Source of the DNA: Clostridia bacterium
GTDB lineage: Bacteria > Bacillota > Clostridia > TANB77 > CAG-508
Reading direction: 5' to 3'
Assembly: GCA_022797215.1 (NCBI GenBank)
Contig: JAAWKD010000001.1
Coordinates: forward strand, 15,362-79,361
DNA length: 64,000 nucleotides
Made by a program: the position numbers and the translations under genes. Each line of letters opens with the position of its first letter. The first letter of the stretch is position 1. This document shows, in pieces, positions 19,772 to 29,801 of the stretch. The notes beneath the pieces were generated by a model. It did not search any database, was not told where the DNA came from, and saw only the letters and a list, made by a program, of their open reading frames with translations.

Positions 19772-20788
19772 TTATAAATTCCATTTCATTACTGTTTTAA
19801 AATCATTGTTTAAATCTGCATCAAATGCTTCATTAATATCATTAATTTGATTAATTGTAATTTCTTGCGAAATAATATTACTTAAATAATCTTGTGTTTG
19901 TTTGTCTTGCAATAGTTCTACTGATTTTTCAAAATCTTCATAACTACTTCTGCTATTCCCTAAAAGAGTAAGTCCTTTTTCTAATACCATTCTTGTATTA
20001 ATGTCAACAGGTTCTTCTGAAACACCTAATAAAGAAATACAACCTTCTGGATTAATATGGTCAATAATTTGTTCTATTGCTTCTTCTGCTTTTGTTCCTC
20101 CTACACATTCAAAAGCATGATCTACCTTAAAGCCATCTTCTAACTCTGTAACCATTTTTGTTTCGTCAACAAAAGAAAAGTAATTTAATTTTGTTGTTCT
20201 TGTTCCCATAACAACAATCTTACTGTCTGGAAAATAGCTTCTTAATAAAAGGGCTGTAATATATCCTACACTTCCACATCCCCATACACCAAGTACATCC
20301 TTTCTTTGATGAGATTTCTTTAAAAAGTTTTCGATTGCATTGATAGAAACACTACACAATTCTAATAAAGAAGATACATCTTCTCTAATGTCTCTAATTG
20401 GAATAATTCTATCTCTTTCCATTGAAACTACATTTTGCATAAATCCATCTGCAGAACTAGACCTAAACTTTGAACTTCTTAAATAGTTTTCTTTAATAAT
20501 ATCATCTTTTTCAACAGGTGTATTAGGGATTAAAACTACTTTTTCTCCCTTTTTAAATTCATTTTTTCTGTCATAAACAACTTGTCCTACTCCTTCGTGT
20601 ATTAATGCTAAAGGTAATTTCTTATCTAAAATTTCTTTTTTTCTTTTCCCTTGATAATATCTTTGGTCTGCAGCACAAATAGACAAATAAGTTGGTCTAA
20701 CTATGACCGCATCCTCTTGACATTTTTCATCTTCAAAAAAGATTTCCAAGTTTTTAGGAGATGTTAATTTTATAATTTCATTTATCAT
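19772..20788 (-). CDS. tarJ: Ribulose-5-phosphate reductase (ribitol-5-phosphate dehydrogenase)
   Basis: Close to staphylococcal TarJ as recalled: YLSICAADQRYYQGKR...LPLALIHEGVG, FECVGG, LLGVSE. Confidence 0.85.
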   Translation of the reverse strand: MINEIIKLTSPKNLEIFFEDEKCQEDAVIVRPTYLSICAADQRYYQGKRKKEILDKKLPLALIHEGVGQVVYDRKNEFKKGEKVVLIPNTPVEKDDIIKENYLRSSKFRSSSADGFMQNVVSMERDRIIPIRDIREDVSSLLELCSVSINAIENFLKKSHQRKDVLGVWGCGSVGYITALLLRSYFPDSKIVVMGTRTTKLNYFSFVDETKMVTELEDGFKVDHAFECVGGTKAEEAIEQIIDHINPEGCISLLGVSEEPVDINTRMVLEKGLTLLGNSRSSYEDFEKSVELLQDKQTQDYLSNIISQEITINQINDINEAFDADLNNDFKTVMKWNL

Positions 20789-20791
20789 ATC

Positions 20792-21505
20792 TTATACTTC
20801 CTCATTATCTAAATTATTTAACATTAATTTTGCCATTTTCAAATCATGTTTTGTGGTTATCTTCATGTTGTATAATTCTCCTTTAACAAGACCTACTTGC
20901 TTTTGTTTTAACACATATACTTTGCAAGCATCTGTTAAAATTTGTTTTTCTTCTTCTGTCAAATTGTTGTACTGGTTAATAAATTCTTTTACTTTAAAAC
21001 TTTGAGGAGTTTGTCCTTGATACATTTCTCCTCTAATAGGAATATTAGAAATAACTTCCCCATTTTTAGATTCTACAATTGTGTCAGTTGCAGGTATTAC
21101 TGTGTCTACTGCATCATATTTCCTACATTCTTCCACATTATCTTTGATAATTCTTTGTGTAATAAAAGGTCTTACTGCATCATGTGTAACTACAATATTT
21201 TCCTCATCATTACTTTTTTCTGAAATGTACTTACATACATTCATGATAGTATCATTTCTAGAACTTCCTCCTTGAATAATGTGAACTGAATTATTTGAGC
21301 AATATTTGTCTACAATATCTTGTGTATAACTAATCCAATTGTCTGGTACAGCAACTATTACTTCATCAATTACTGGTGAAACTAAAAATTGTTCAATTGT
21401 GTGAATAATAATTGGTTTTTCTCCTAACATTAAAAATTGTTTTGGTAAATCTGTTTTTCCCATTCTTGTCCCTTGTCCTCCTGCAAGTATTCCTCCAAAG
21501 TTCAT
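20792..21505 (-). CDS. tarI: Ribitol-5-phosphate cytidylyltransferase (IspD family)
   Basis: GILAGGQGTRMG, THDAVRPF, MYQGQTPQSF and VKGELYNMKITT match TarI/IspD motifs. Confidence 0.88.
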   Translation of the reverse strand: MNFGGILAGGQGTRMGKTDLPKQFLMLGEKPIIIHTIEQFLVSPVIDEVIVAVPDNWISYTQDIVDKYCSNNSVHIIQGGSSRNDTIMNVCKYISEKSNDEENIVVTHDAVRPFITQRIIKDNVEECRKYDAVDTVIPATDTIVESKNGEVISNIPIRGEMYQGQTPQSFKVKEFINQYNNLTEEEKQILTDACKVYVLKQKQVGLVKGELYNMKITTKHDLKMAKLMLNNLDNEEV

Positions 21506-21524
21506 TTTTTATTCCTCCTTTTTA

Positions 21525-22265
21525 TTATTTTACTAAAGAACTATTGTAGACTTCAATAGCCTTATCAATATCTCCATCAAAGGTAACAGCTCCTCTTTCC
21601 ATCACCATACCTCTTTTACAAAATTCCTTTGCTACTCCTGTTGCATGGGTTACAAATAGAAGAGTTACATTTTCTTTATTCACAATTTCATTTACTTTTT
21701 TAATACATTTGCGTTTAAATTCCTCGTCTCCCACACTTAAAGCTTCGTCTACTATTAAGATTTCTGGTTTAATATTTACATTAATAGAAAATCCTAGTCT
21801 TGCTTTCATACCACTAGAATAAGTTCTTACTGGTTGATCAATATATTCTTCTATCTCAGCAAAATCTATAATTTCTTGTTCTAACTCTCTAATCTCTTTA
21901 TCTTTTAGTCCTAATAATTGTCCTTTTAAATATATATTTTCCTTGCCTGTAAACTCTGGGTCAAATCCTGAGGTCAATTCTAGTAGTGCACTTACTCTGC
22001 CTTTTACACTAATCTCTCCTGAGGTTGGAAAACATACTCCTGTTATCATTTTTAAAATAGTAGATTTACCAGCACCATTTCTCCCGAAAAGAGCCACTGA
22101 TTCACCACATTTTATTTCAAAAGACACATCATTTACTGCTTTCTTTTCTGTATACTTTATTTTTCTATTAAAAGTATATAATAGTCTTTTCTTGTCGTTC
22201 TTAAATAGTTTATACATTTTGGTTACATGATCAAATTTAATTACATTCTTATTTTGATTTTCCAC
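21525..22265 (-). CDS. tagH: Teichoic-acid export ABC transporter, ATP-binding subunit
   Basis: Walker A GRNGAGKST, signature YSSGMKARL, Walker B ILIVDEAL. Adjacent to an ABC-2 permease. Confidence 0.88.
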   Translation of the reverse strand: MENQNKNVIKFDHVTKMYKLFKNDKKRLLYTFNRKIKYTEKKAVNDVSFEIKCGESVALFGRNGAGKSTILKMITGVCFPTSGEISVKGRVSALLELTSGFDPEFTGKENIYLKGQLLGLKDKEIRELEQEIIDFAEIEEYIDQPVRTYSSGMKARLGFSINVNIKPEILIVDEALSVGDEEFKRKCIKKVNEIVNKENVTLLFVTHATGVAKEFCKRGMVMERGAVTFDGDIDKAIEVYNSSLVK

Positions 22266-22277
22266 TTTCTGTCTCCT

Positions 22278-23084
22278 TTAAATTAATACATCTGGAATTT
22301 CTTTTCTCAATTTCTTATATGCCCAAATTGTTAGTAATAATAATAGAATTGTTACAATACCAAAATACAATAATCTCTTTGGTTGTTCAAAAATCCAAAC
22401 TTGGTTAATAAAACAATTCCTAAAGCCATTACTTAAAAAAGTAACAGGATTTATCATTAATATGTTTTTTACCCATCCTATTTTTATAGTATCTGGATTC
22501 CATAAAATACCTGATAGCCAAAAAACTGCTGTCACCATTGATTTAACTAGGTTTCCAAAATCTTTACTCATAGAAGAAAGTAAAGAGGCAAATAAACTCC
22601 AAATTGTAAAAAAGATGAACATTAGTATCATGTAGATTGGAAGTTGAAGGATATAAACTGTTGGTGGATATCCCATACATATAAAAATGACTATCATAAT
22701 TGCCATCAAAATTAAGTGAACAATAAACTTTGAAATACTAACAAATGTAGGAATTGTCGATACTGGAAATTTCATTTTTGTTACTAAGTAACTATATTTC
22801 CTAATCGTGTCTGTTCCTGCTGTCAACATATCACTCATATAAAACCAAGGTATTACGCCTGAAATAAGCCACAAAAAGAATGGAAATCCATTAACATCTT
22901 TACCTGCCCTTAGTCCTATTTCAAAAGAAAACCAATAGACAAAAATTGTAACTGCTGGTTTAATAATAGCCCAAGCCCACCCCAATGCTGCTCCTCTATA
23001 TGTTTTTACTAAATCAGCTTTAGCCAATTTAAATATTTGTTGTTTATAGGTAACATGATCTTTTATTATATTTCCTAATATCAT
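22278..23084 (-). CDS. tagG: Teichoic-acid export ABC-2 permease
   Basis: 268-aa six-helix ABC-2 type membrane protein directly upstream of tagH. Confidence 0.85.
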   Translation of the reverse strand: MILGNIIKDHVTYKQQIFKLAKADLVKTYRGAALGWAWAIIKPAVTIFVYWFSFEIGLRAGKDVNGFPFFLWLISGVIPWFYMSDMLTAGTDTIRKYSYLVTKMKFPVSTIPTFVSISKFIVHLILMAIMIVIFICMGYPPTVYILQLPIYMILMFIFFTIWSLFASLLSSMSKDFGNLVKSMVTAVFWLSGILWNPDTIKIGWVKNILMINPVTFLSNGFRNCFINQVWIFEQPKRLLYFGIVTILLLLLTIWAYKKLRKEIPDVLI

Positions 23085-23159
23085 GATTTTCTCCTTTAAT
23101 GTAAAATGTAATCTTGCATCATTCTATCATTAAATACTTTCTTGTGCAAGTAAATAGTT

Positions 23160-24230
23160 CTATTTTTTGCTATTGATTATTCCCCTTTTCTTTTGAATAA
23201 ATTCTGCCTTTTGCGCCTGATACTCTTTTAAATCGCTCTCCCATTGTCGATACATACTTTGCCCTCTATGATCAGATATTGGATAATTTTCCTTTAAATA
23301 TTTTCCTAAAAAGTTGCTAATTTTTTCTGCCCCATAAATATTCATATGAACACCTTCGTCTTGTGTATCTTTTTCCCAGTCAAGTCCGATTTCTTTCAAA
23401 TAGATATTTAAGTCTAAAAAGGGAATTTGATATTTTACTGCAAGTTTCGTCATTTCTTGATGTTTTGTTTTATTCCATGTTTTAGGGGCTGGAGTTTCTA
23501 TCCATAATAATTGTACCTGTTTTTCGTCACATAATTCTTTTATTTTCTTCAAATATAATTTAGCATTTGGTCCAAGTATATCTTTTTTATTTTCTTTTAT
23601 CATATAATCTTTTTTACTTTTATATGGCTTAATGGACCTTACTATTTGATACCCTTTTAAAGGATAATGTAATTTAGTATGAGCATTAGTAAAGTCATCA
23701 TCTTCTAATTCACTCCATCTACTATGGAATCTAAATATAGGAAATAAGAGGGTAGTTATTTCTTCACTTGAATTTTTTTGTACTTTGTCTACAATTGCCT
23801 CCACTTTATGGATAGTAGTTGGCATATTATCATAAAGATGTCTTTTATAAAATTTGCTCATTGGCTTTTCAGAAAACGCTTGGTCAACATTTAAAACAAT
23901 TACTTTTGGTTTTTGATGTTCTAATACCTCTTTAATGCAATAATAACTATCCCATATTTTTTGCGTTGGCGAAGCATAATTATAGCAAGCGATTCCATAA
24001 TCCTCCCAAATTTTTATTGGAGATACTCCTTTATAAATCGAACTATCTCCAATAAAAACAGTATCTAAAGTATTTTTTGGTTCTGTATAAAAACCTTGTA
24101 TAATTGCTCTATAAAATCCTTTTTCCTCATTAATAGTTTTGGGTATAAAAATAGGTGATAGCAAAAAGAATATTACAATTCCAATCATCAAGAATATTAA
24201 AACCCTTATAACAGTTGCTAATTTCTTCAT
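23160..24230 (-). CDS. Membrane-anchored SGNH/DltD-like accessory protein of the dlt-like cluster
   Basis: N-terminal TM helix. FIGDSS (block I Ser) and DEGVHMN (DxxH block V) suggest an SGNH fold. Last gene after the MBOAT. Confidence 0.6.
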   Translation of the reverse strand: MKKLATVIRVLIFLMIGIVIFFLLSPIFIPKTINEEKGFYRAIIQGFYTEPKNTLDTVFIGDSSIYKGVSPIKIWEDYGIACYNYASPTQKIWDSYYCIKEVLEHQKPKVIVLNVDQAFSEKPMSKFYKRHLYDNMPTTIHKVEAIVDKVQKNSSEEITTLLFPIFRFHSRWSELEDDDFTNAHTKLHYPLKGYQIVRSIKPYKSKKDYMIKENKKDILGPNAKLYLKKIKELCDEKQVQLLWIETPAPKTWNKTKHQEMTKLAVKYQIPFLDLNIYLKEIGLDWEKDTQDEGVHMNIYGAEKISNFLGKYLKENYPISDHRGQSMYRQWESDLKEYQAQKAEFIQKKRGIINSKK

Positions 24231-24269
24231 TTTTCTTTCCTCCTAAGGTTCGTATTAGTCACCTTTCCT

Positions 24270-25862
24270 TTAAAATTGTCCATAGATAAAATCACTTGCT
24301 GCATACCCTGGGCCATAAATTCCAAAGATAATAATAGCAAAAATTACCACATAATAAAGTAACCATCTAAATAGTAAATTTTGTTTTGCAATCCTTTCTC
24401 GAATGTGGTATCCCTTTTCTTGTAATAGCCCCACTGCTGCCATAATAACAACCCCTATAATGAGTACAATAAAATCTTGTGGAATACACCCTATGTTAAA
24501 TAAACTGCCATCAAAAAATGAGCCAATCCCTTTGAATGTAAAAATAGAGCAAAACATTTTCCATGCATCTAATAACCTATGTGACCTAAAAATCATCATT
24601 CCAATGAATACCACTATAGTTGTCCTAAATATTTGCCATAGTCGATAACTAAAAGCTTTTGTATTAAGTTTTAGAAGATTTAATATTTTATTACTTAATG
24701 GCTCTAATAACATTCCTATTAGCATAATGATATAATAATATAGACCATAAAAAATGTATTTCCAACTTGCACCATGCCAAATACCATTTCCAAGCCATAC
24801 AAAGAATAAGGCAAAAGCAGCAGGTATTAATTTCGATAAATATGTATTTCCAAAAATCTTCTTTGCTCCATTAGTAAGATGCATAGTAAACTTTGAAAAA
24901 GAGATTGGATAGAAAATGTAATCTTTTAGCCATGCTCCCAAAGTAATATGCCATCTTCTCCAAAATTCTTGTACTGATGTTGAAAAAAATGGTCTTTTAA
25001 AGTTCTCCGCCATTTCAATTCCCATCATTTGAGCAGTACCTCTTACAATATCCATACATCCTGAAAATTCCGCATAAATTTGAACTGTATATAGGATAAT
25101 AGCAAGTATAATTGTAATTCCTGAATAATTCGCATAATGACCAAATACTTCATTCACAAATAGACCTGCTCTATCTGCAATGACCATTTTCTTAAAATAC
25201 CCCCATAGCATTAATTGTGCACCAAATTTCAAGTTTTTATATTGAAACTCATGTGGTTTATATAATTGATGTGCTAAGTGTTCATATCTTCCAATTGGAC
25301 CTTCTACAATTTGTGGAAAAAAGGATACAAATAAAGCTACTCTTCCTATGTTTTTATCTGGTTCATATTTTCCTCTATACACGTCAATCACATAACTAAC
25401 TGCTTGTAAAGTATAGTAGGAAATTCCCAAAGGCAATATAAATTTTTGGAAAGGTATTTCTATTTGGAAATGACATAATTCTAATAAACTATTTAAGTTT
25501 CCTGCTATAAAATTAAAGTATTTTAGAAACCCTAAAAAGCCAAAATTAATTAAAATGGCTAAGAAAACTACCCATTTTTTCTTCGTTTTGGCTCTTTGTT
25601 TTATCTTCTTTTTTAGTTCTTTCTCTTCAATCTCTTTACATTTATCTTTTGCTTTGCTATCAATTTTTCCTAATGCTAAAGCTATTAAATAAATAGATAA
25701 GGTAGTTAATAGCAAAAATACTATTAGTTTGCTACTTGCTAAAAAATAGTAAATATAACTAGCTATTAACAAAACAGCCCATTTGGCCTTTTTAGGAAAA
25801 ATATAATATAAAATACATATAATTGCCACAAAAGCAACAAAATATAATGAATTGATTGACAT
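24270..25862 (-). CDS. MBOAT-family membrane O-acyltransferase (DltB/AlgI-like)
   Basis: Polytopic 530 aa with WRRWHITLGAWLKDYIFYP (MBOAT His motif). Confidence 0.88.
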   Translation of the reverse strand: MSINSLYFVAFVAIICILYYIFPKKAKWAVLLIASYIYYFLASSKLIVFLLLTTLSIYLIALALGKIDSKAKDKCKEIEEKELKKKIKQRAKTKKKWVVFLAILINFGFLGFLKYFNFIAGNLNSLLELCHFQIEIPFQKFILPLGISYYTLQAVSYVIDVYRGKYEPDKNIGRVALFVSFFPQIVEGPIGRYEHLAHQLYKPHEFQYKNLKFGAQLMLWGYFKKMVIADRAGLFVNEVFGHYANYSGITIILAIILYTVQIYAEFSGCMDIVRGTAQMMGIEMAENFKRPFFSTSVQEFWRRWHITLGAWLKDYIFYPISFSKFTMHLTNGAKKIFGNTYLSKLIPAAFALFFVWLGNGIWHGASWKYIFYGLYYYIIMLIGMLLEPLSNKILNLLKLNTKAFSYRLWQIFRTTIVVFIGMMIFRSHRLLDAWKMFCSIFTFKGIGSFFDGSLFNIGCIPQDFIVLIIGVVIMAAVGLLQEKGYHIRERIAKQNLLFRWLLYYVVIFAIIIFGIYGPGYAASDFIYGQF

Positions 25863-25892
25863 TTTAATTCTCCTTTACAACACTTGCACAAT

Positions 25893-26117
25893 TTAGTCTT
25901 CTAATTTTTGAATTAAATTGTAAATCGCTTCTACTGAATTAAAATTCTCTGGCACAATATCTCCTGCTCCTATTTCAATGTCAAATTCCTCATTAATAGC
26001 AGACACAATTGATACAATATCAAAAGAATCAAGTTCCTCATTGTCTATCAAATGTTCATTATTCTCAAAATTGACTTCTGGTTTAATTTTTTTTAATAAT
26101 TTTAGTAATTCCTCCAT
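25893..26117 (-). CDS. dltC: D-alanyl/acyl carrier protein (DltC-like)
   Basis: 74 aa, acidic. LDSFDIVSIV holds the phosphopantetheine-attachment serine context. Confidence 0.8.
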   Translation of the reverse strand: MEELLKLLKKIKPEVNFENNEHLIDNEELDSFDIVSIVSAINEEFDIEIGAGDIVPENFNSVEAIYNLIQKLED

Positions 26118-26155
26118 TTTCTTTTTAACCTTTTCAGGTTAGTTCTCCCCCTTTT

Positions 26156-27664
26156 TTATATCATTGTTTTTAATTTTTTTCTATCAATCTTGCCATTTGC
26201 ATTATATGGCATTCTATCTAAACAGTATATTTCATTTGGGCACATATATTTTGGTAGTCTCTTTCCTGCTTGTTCTAATAAATCCTTTTCGGCTAATTTG
26301 TCACCTTGATAAAACAAAACAATTTTATCTGCTTTTTCATCATATACACTAGCACAAGCTACAATGTTGTCTATTGCATTTATTGCCGTTTCTATTTCTC
26401 CAAGTTCAATACGATATCCCATATGTTTAATTTGAAAATCTTTTCTAGAAAGATAAATTAATTCTCCTCTTTCATTTTCCTTTACAATATCTCCTGTTTT
26501 ATATATTATTTCTGGGTAAGCTTGATTTAAAGGATTTTGTACAAATACTTTTTGTGTTTGTACAGGGTTATTATAATATCCCTGCGCCAAAAAGCTTCCT
26601 CTCACACAAAGTTCTCCTTCTTCTCCTTTTTGAGCTTCAGTTCCATCTTCTTTGATGATCATAACACTACAATTATCACAGTGTCTCCCAATCGGTATGC
26701 TCTCTGTATTTTCCAGCTTTCTATCTATAATATAATAAGCACAAATATCAGTAGTTTCAGTTGGTCCAAATAAATTAGCAAATAATGCATTTGGAAAATA
26801 CTCTATCCACATATTCAGTTGTTTAGTTGGCATAACTTCTCCTGCAAATAATATTTTTTCTAAATGTGTCAATTTCACTTCTTCTAAAGCTTTTAGATTC
26901 GCTACAATACACAGTGCTGATGGTACCCAATAAATAGTATTTACTTTCTTTTCCTCTAAGTATTGTAATAATTTTACTGGAAATGAAAAATACATTTTAG
27001 GAATAATATAAAAAGTTGCGCCTGATAAGATTGTAGTAAAAATATCTGTGATTGACATACTAAAATAAAATGGTGTTTGACTCCCCCAAATAGTATTTTC
27101 ATTAATGTCAAAAGTTTCCTTTGCCCAATGAGCATAGGCAATTACTGCTTTATGATTAATTACTGTACCTTTTGGAACACCTGTTGAACCAGAAGTAAAT
27201 AAAATATACATTGGATCTGTATCTATCATTTTACTTCTTATTTCTTCTAGCTCTTCCGGTTTTATACTTTCCTTCATTAATTCTTCATAGAGATAAATTT
27301 TTTGGTTTCCTTTAGCAATTTCTACTGCCTTCGCCTTATTTTTTTCATCTACTATAATTGCTATTGGTTGTAAAGTATCTAAAATAGAAATTAATCTCTC
27401 ATTTGGTGATTTCATATCTAAAATAGTATAAAAATTTCCACTATATAATACTCCCATCATCGTTTCTAAACATGCTACACTTTTTTCTAATAAAATAGCA
27501 ATTGGTTGATTTATCTTTTCTAGGCTTGTTAAACCAGTTCCTATTTTTTGGCTGTTTGTCAAAAGTTCCGCATAAGTAATTTCCCTATTTAGTTCTCCAA
27601 AAGCAGTCTTATTTTTATATTGCTGGGCTATTTCTTCTAAATATTGTAAAATATTCTTTTTCAT
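26156..27664 (-). CDS. dltA: D-alanine--D-alanyl-carrier-protein ligase-like adenylating enzyme (DltA family)
   Basis: AMP-binding core LFTSGSTGVPKG, YKTGD, GYRIELGEIE. About 500 aa, as for DltA. The ATG at 27664 is preferred over the GTG at 27676. Confidence 0.8.
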   Translation of the reverse strand: MKKNILQYLEEIAQQYKNKTAFGELNREITYAELLTNSQKIGTGLTSLEKINQPIAILLEKSVACLETMMGVLYSGNFYTILDMKSPNERLISILDTLQPIAIIVDEKNKAKAVEIAKGNQKIYLYEELMKESIKPEELEEIRSKMIDTDPMYILFTSGSTGVPKGTVINHKAVIAYAHWAKETFDINENTIWGSQTPFYFSMSITDIFTTILSGATFYIIPKMYFSFPVKLLQYLEEKKVNTIYWVPSALCIVANLKALEEVKLTHLEKILFAGEVMPTKQLNMWIEYFPNALFANLFGPTETTDICAYYIIDRKLENTESIPIGRHCDNCSVMIIKEDGTEAQKGEEGELCVRGSFLAQGYYNNPVQTQKVFVQNPLNQAYPEIIYKTGDIVKENERGELIYLSRKDFQIKHMGYRIELGEIETAINAIDNIVACASVYDEKADKIVLFYQGDKLAEKDLLEQAGKRLPKYMCPNEIYCLDRMPYNANGKIDRKKLKTMI

Positions 27665-27675
27665 TTTTCTCTCCA

Positions 27676-28608
27676 CTACCTATTTTTTTGCAACTTAGCT
27701 ACAAAGAATCCTTCCATCGCTTTAGAAGGTAATATTTTAATAGCTTGCTTTGTATTTATAGTTTGTCCTTTTTCTATCTCTCTTAATTCTAAGTCTATAT
27801 CTACTAATTTTAGGTCAAATTGTTCTAGTGCCCATTCTATTATTTTTTCATTTTCGTCTAAGTTTAACGTACAAGTAGAGTATACCATTATTCCCTTTGG
27901 TTTTAAAGCCTCATAAGAATTTCTTAATAATTTTCTTTGTATCTTTACTAGTTCTGCAACCTTTTTCTCAGACCAATTACGATAGGTTCTGGCATCTGTT
28001 GCTATAAATCTGCCTTCACCGCTGCAAGGTGTATCTAGTAAAACTTTATCAAAAGTTTCTGGATATTTTCCTCCCATTCTTTCTCCATAGTCATTATTAA
28101 CGGTCACAATATTTGCACCTTGCTGAGTCACATTATATTGCAATCTCTCACAGCGAATTTTATCTAACTCATTCGCTAGAATGGATCCCTTATTTTGCAT
28201 CATAGCTGCCATCTGCGTCGTTTTGCTTCCTGGGGCTGCCGTTAAGTCTAGCACTTTTTCTGTTGGTTTTGGATTTAGCACTAATGATGGAACCATACTA
28301 GATAAACTTTGTAAGTAGATATATCCTTTTTCAAAAATATCTAACTTTTGAATTTCTTTTTCGGTTGCATTTTTTATGATAAGAGCATCTTGATACCAAG
28401 ATACTCTTTCAAATTTAATATTCTTTTCTTTTAAATATCTCATCAAGCTTTGAATATCATATTTGATTGTGTTTACTCTTAAAGTAGTATATCTTTCTCC
28501 TGCCATACCAGATAAAATCTTGTCTACTGTTAAGGGAGAAAATAGCCCATATAAATTGTCTACAAAAGTCTGTGGCAATTTTCGTTTTACTTCTAATACA
28601 GATAACAT
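27676..28608 (-). CDS. RsmB/RsmF (NOL1/NOP2/Sun) family RNA m5C methyltransferase
   Basis: DLTAAPGSKT SAM motif, DTPCSGEG and YSTCT catalytic cysteine motifs. Confidence 0.85.
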   Translation of the reverse strand: MLSVLEVKRKLPQTFVDNLYGLFSPLTVDKILSGMAGERYTTLRVNTIKYDIQSLMRYLKEKNIKFERVSWYQDALIIKNATEKEIQKLDIFEKGYIYLQSLSSMVPSLVLNPKPTEKVLDLTAAPGSKTTQMAAMMQNKGSILANELDKIRCERLQYNVTQQGANIVTVNNDYGERMGGKYPETFDKVLLDTPCSGEGRFIATDARTYRNWSEKKVAELVKIQRKLLRNSYEALKPKGIMVYSTCTLNLDENEKIIEWALEQFDLKLVDIDLELREIEKGQTINTKQAIKILPSKAMEGFFVAKLQKNR

Positions 28609-28655
28609 CTTTTTTCCCTCTATTTCTATAGCATTACTCTTATTAATTTGTTTTT

Positions 28656-29234
28656 TTATTTATTTTCTTGTTTTTGTTTTAGCAAATCTCTAATCTCTTC
28701 TAATAAAAGAATATCCTCACTTTTCTTAGGTGCCTCTTCTACCTTTTCTTTTTTCTCTTCATGTTTTAGTTTTTCAAATAGTCGTACCATTGTAAAAATG
28801 CAAATAGCAATAATTAAAAAGTCTATAACAGTTTGAATAAAAGAACCATACGCTATTTTAGAACTTCCTATCTCTAGTGCCAAATTTGAGAAATCTAATC
28901 CTCCAATGATAATGCCAATAAGTGGTGTAATAATATCATTTACTAAACTAGTAACAATTTTTCCAAAAGCGCCTCCAATAATAACACCCACTGCCATATC
29001 AACTACATTACCTCTAGAGATGAACTTTTTAAATTCACTTGCTTCCTTTTTCATCTTTTTTAAATTTTTTTCTGCAAGTTGTTCTAACTCTTTCTTTTTA
29101 GCACTTGTTTGTTCTTTTAGATGATGATCTTCTTCTTTCTCTTCAGTTATATCTTGTTTTTCTTCTATTATATTTTCTTCTGCCTCATCTTTCTGCACAT
29201 TTATTTTTTCTTCTAATTCTACTTTTTCTTTCAT
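28656..29234 (-). CDS. mscL: Large-conductance mechanosensitive channel MscL, with possible 60-aa acidic N-terminal extension
   Basis: [40 protein letters not shown] is the MscL signature. A canonical-length product would start at M61 (nt 29054). Confidence 0.85.
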   Translation of the reverse strand: MKEKVELEEKINVQKDEAEENIIEEKQDITEEKEEDHHLKEQTSAKKKELEQLAEKNLKKMKKEASEFKKFISRGNVVDMAVGVIIGGAFGKIVTSLVNDIITPLIGIIIGGLDFSNLALEIGSSKIAYGSFIQTVIDFLIIAICIFTMVRLFEKLKHEEKKEKVEEAPKKSEDILLLEEIRDLLKQKQENK

Positions 29235-29237
29235 TTC

Positions 29238-29801
29238 CTACTCCTTGCAATACTCATTTATTCTATCTTCATCTTCTCTCATTGCTAAAATAGTTTTCTC
29301 TAATAAAGTATCTAACTCCCAGCCCAACATTTCTGCTCCTTGTTTAATAACATCTCTTGAACAACCTGCCGCAAATTTTTTGTCCTTAAATTTTTTCTTT
29401 AAACTAGACACTTCCATATCCTTTGTACTCTTAGATGGTCTCATTTTAGTTGCAGCCCAAATTAATCCTGTCAATTCATCTGTTGCAAACAAAATCTTTT
29501 CCATGATATGTTCTGGTTTTACATCAGAACACAAACCATATCCATGGCTACAAATAGAATGGATTATATCTTCCTCTACACTATTTTCTTTTAATAATTC
29601 CACACATTTTTTACAATGCTCTTCTGGATACATTTCAAAATCCACATCATGTAATAATCCAACTATTCCCCAATATTCTGTATCTTCACTCATTTCATTT
29701 GCAAAATATTTCATAACCCCTTCTACAGTTAAAGCATGTCTAATATGAAACTCCTCTTTGTTATATTTTTTTAAAATCTCAAAGGCAGCTTGTCTATTCA
29801 T
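29238..29801 (-). CDS. HD-domain phosphohydrolase
   Basis: H...LLHDVD metal-binding motif, 187 aa. Confidence 0.75.
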   Translation of the reverse strand: MNRQAAFEILKKYNKEEFHIRHALTVEGVMKYFANEMSEDTEYWGIVGLLHDVDFEMYPEEHCKKCVELLKENSVEEDIIHSICSHGYGLCSDVKPEHIMEKILFATDELTGLIWAATKMRPSKSTKDMEVSSLKKKFKDKKFAAGCSRDVIKQGAEMLGWELDTLLEKTILAMREDEDRINEYCKE

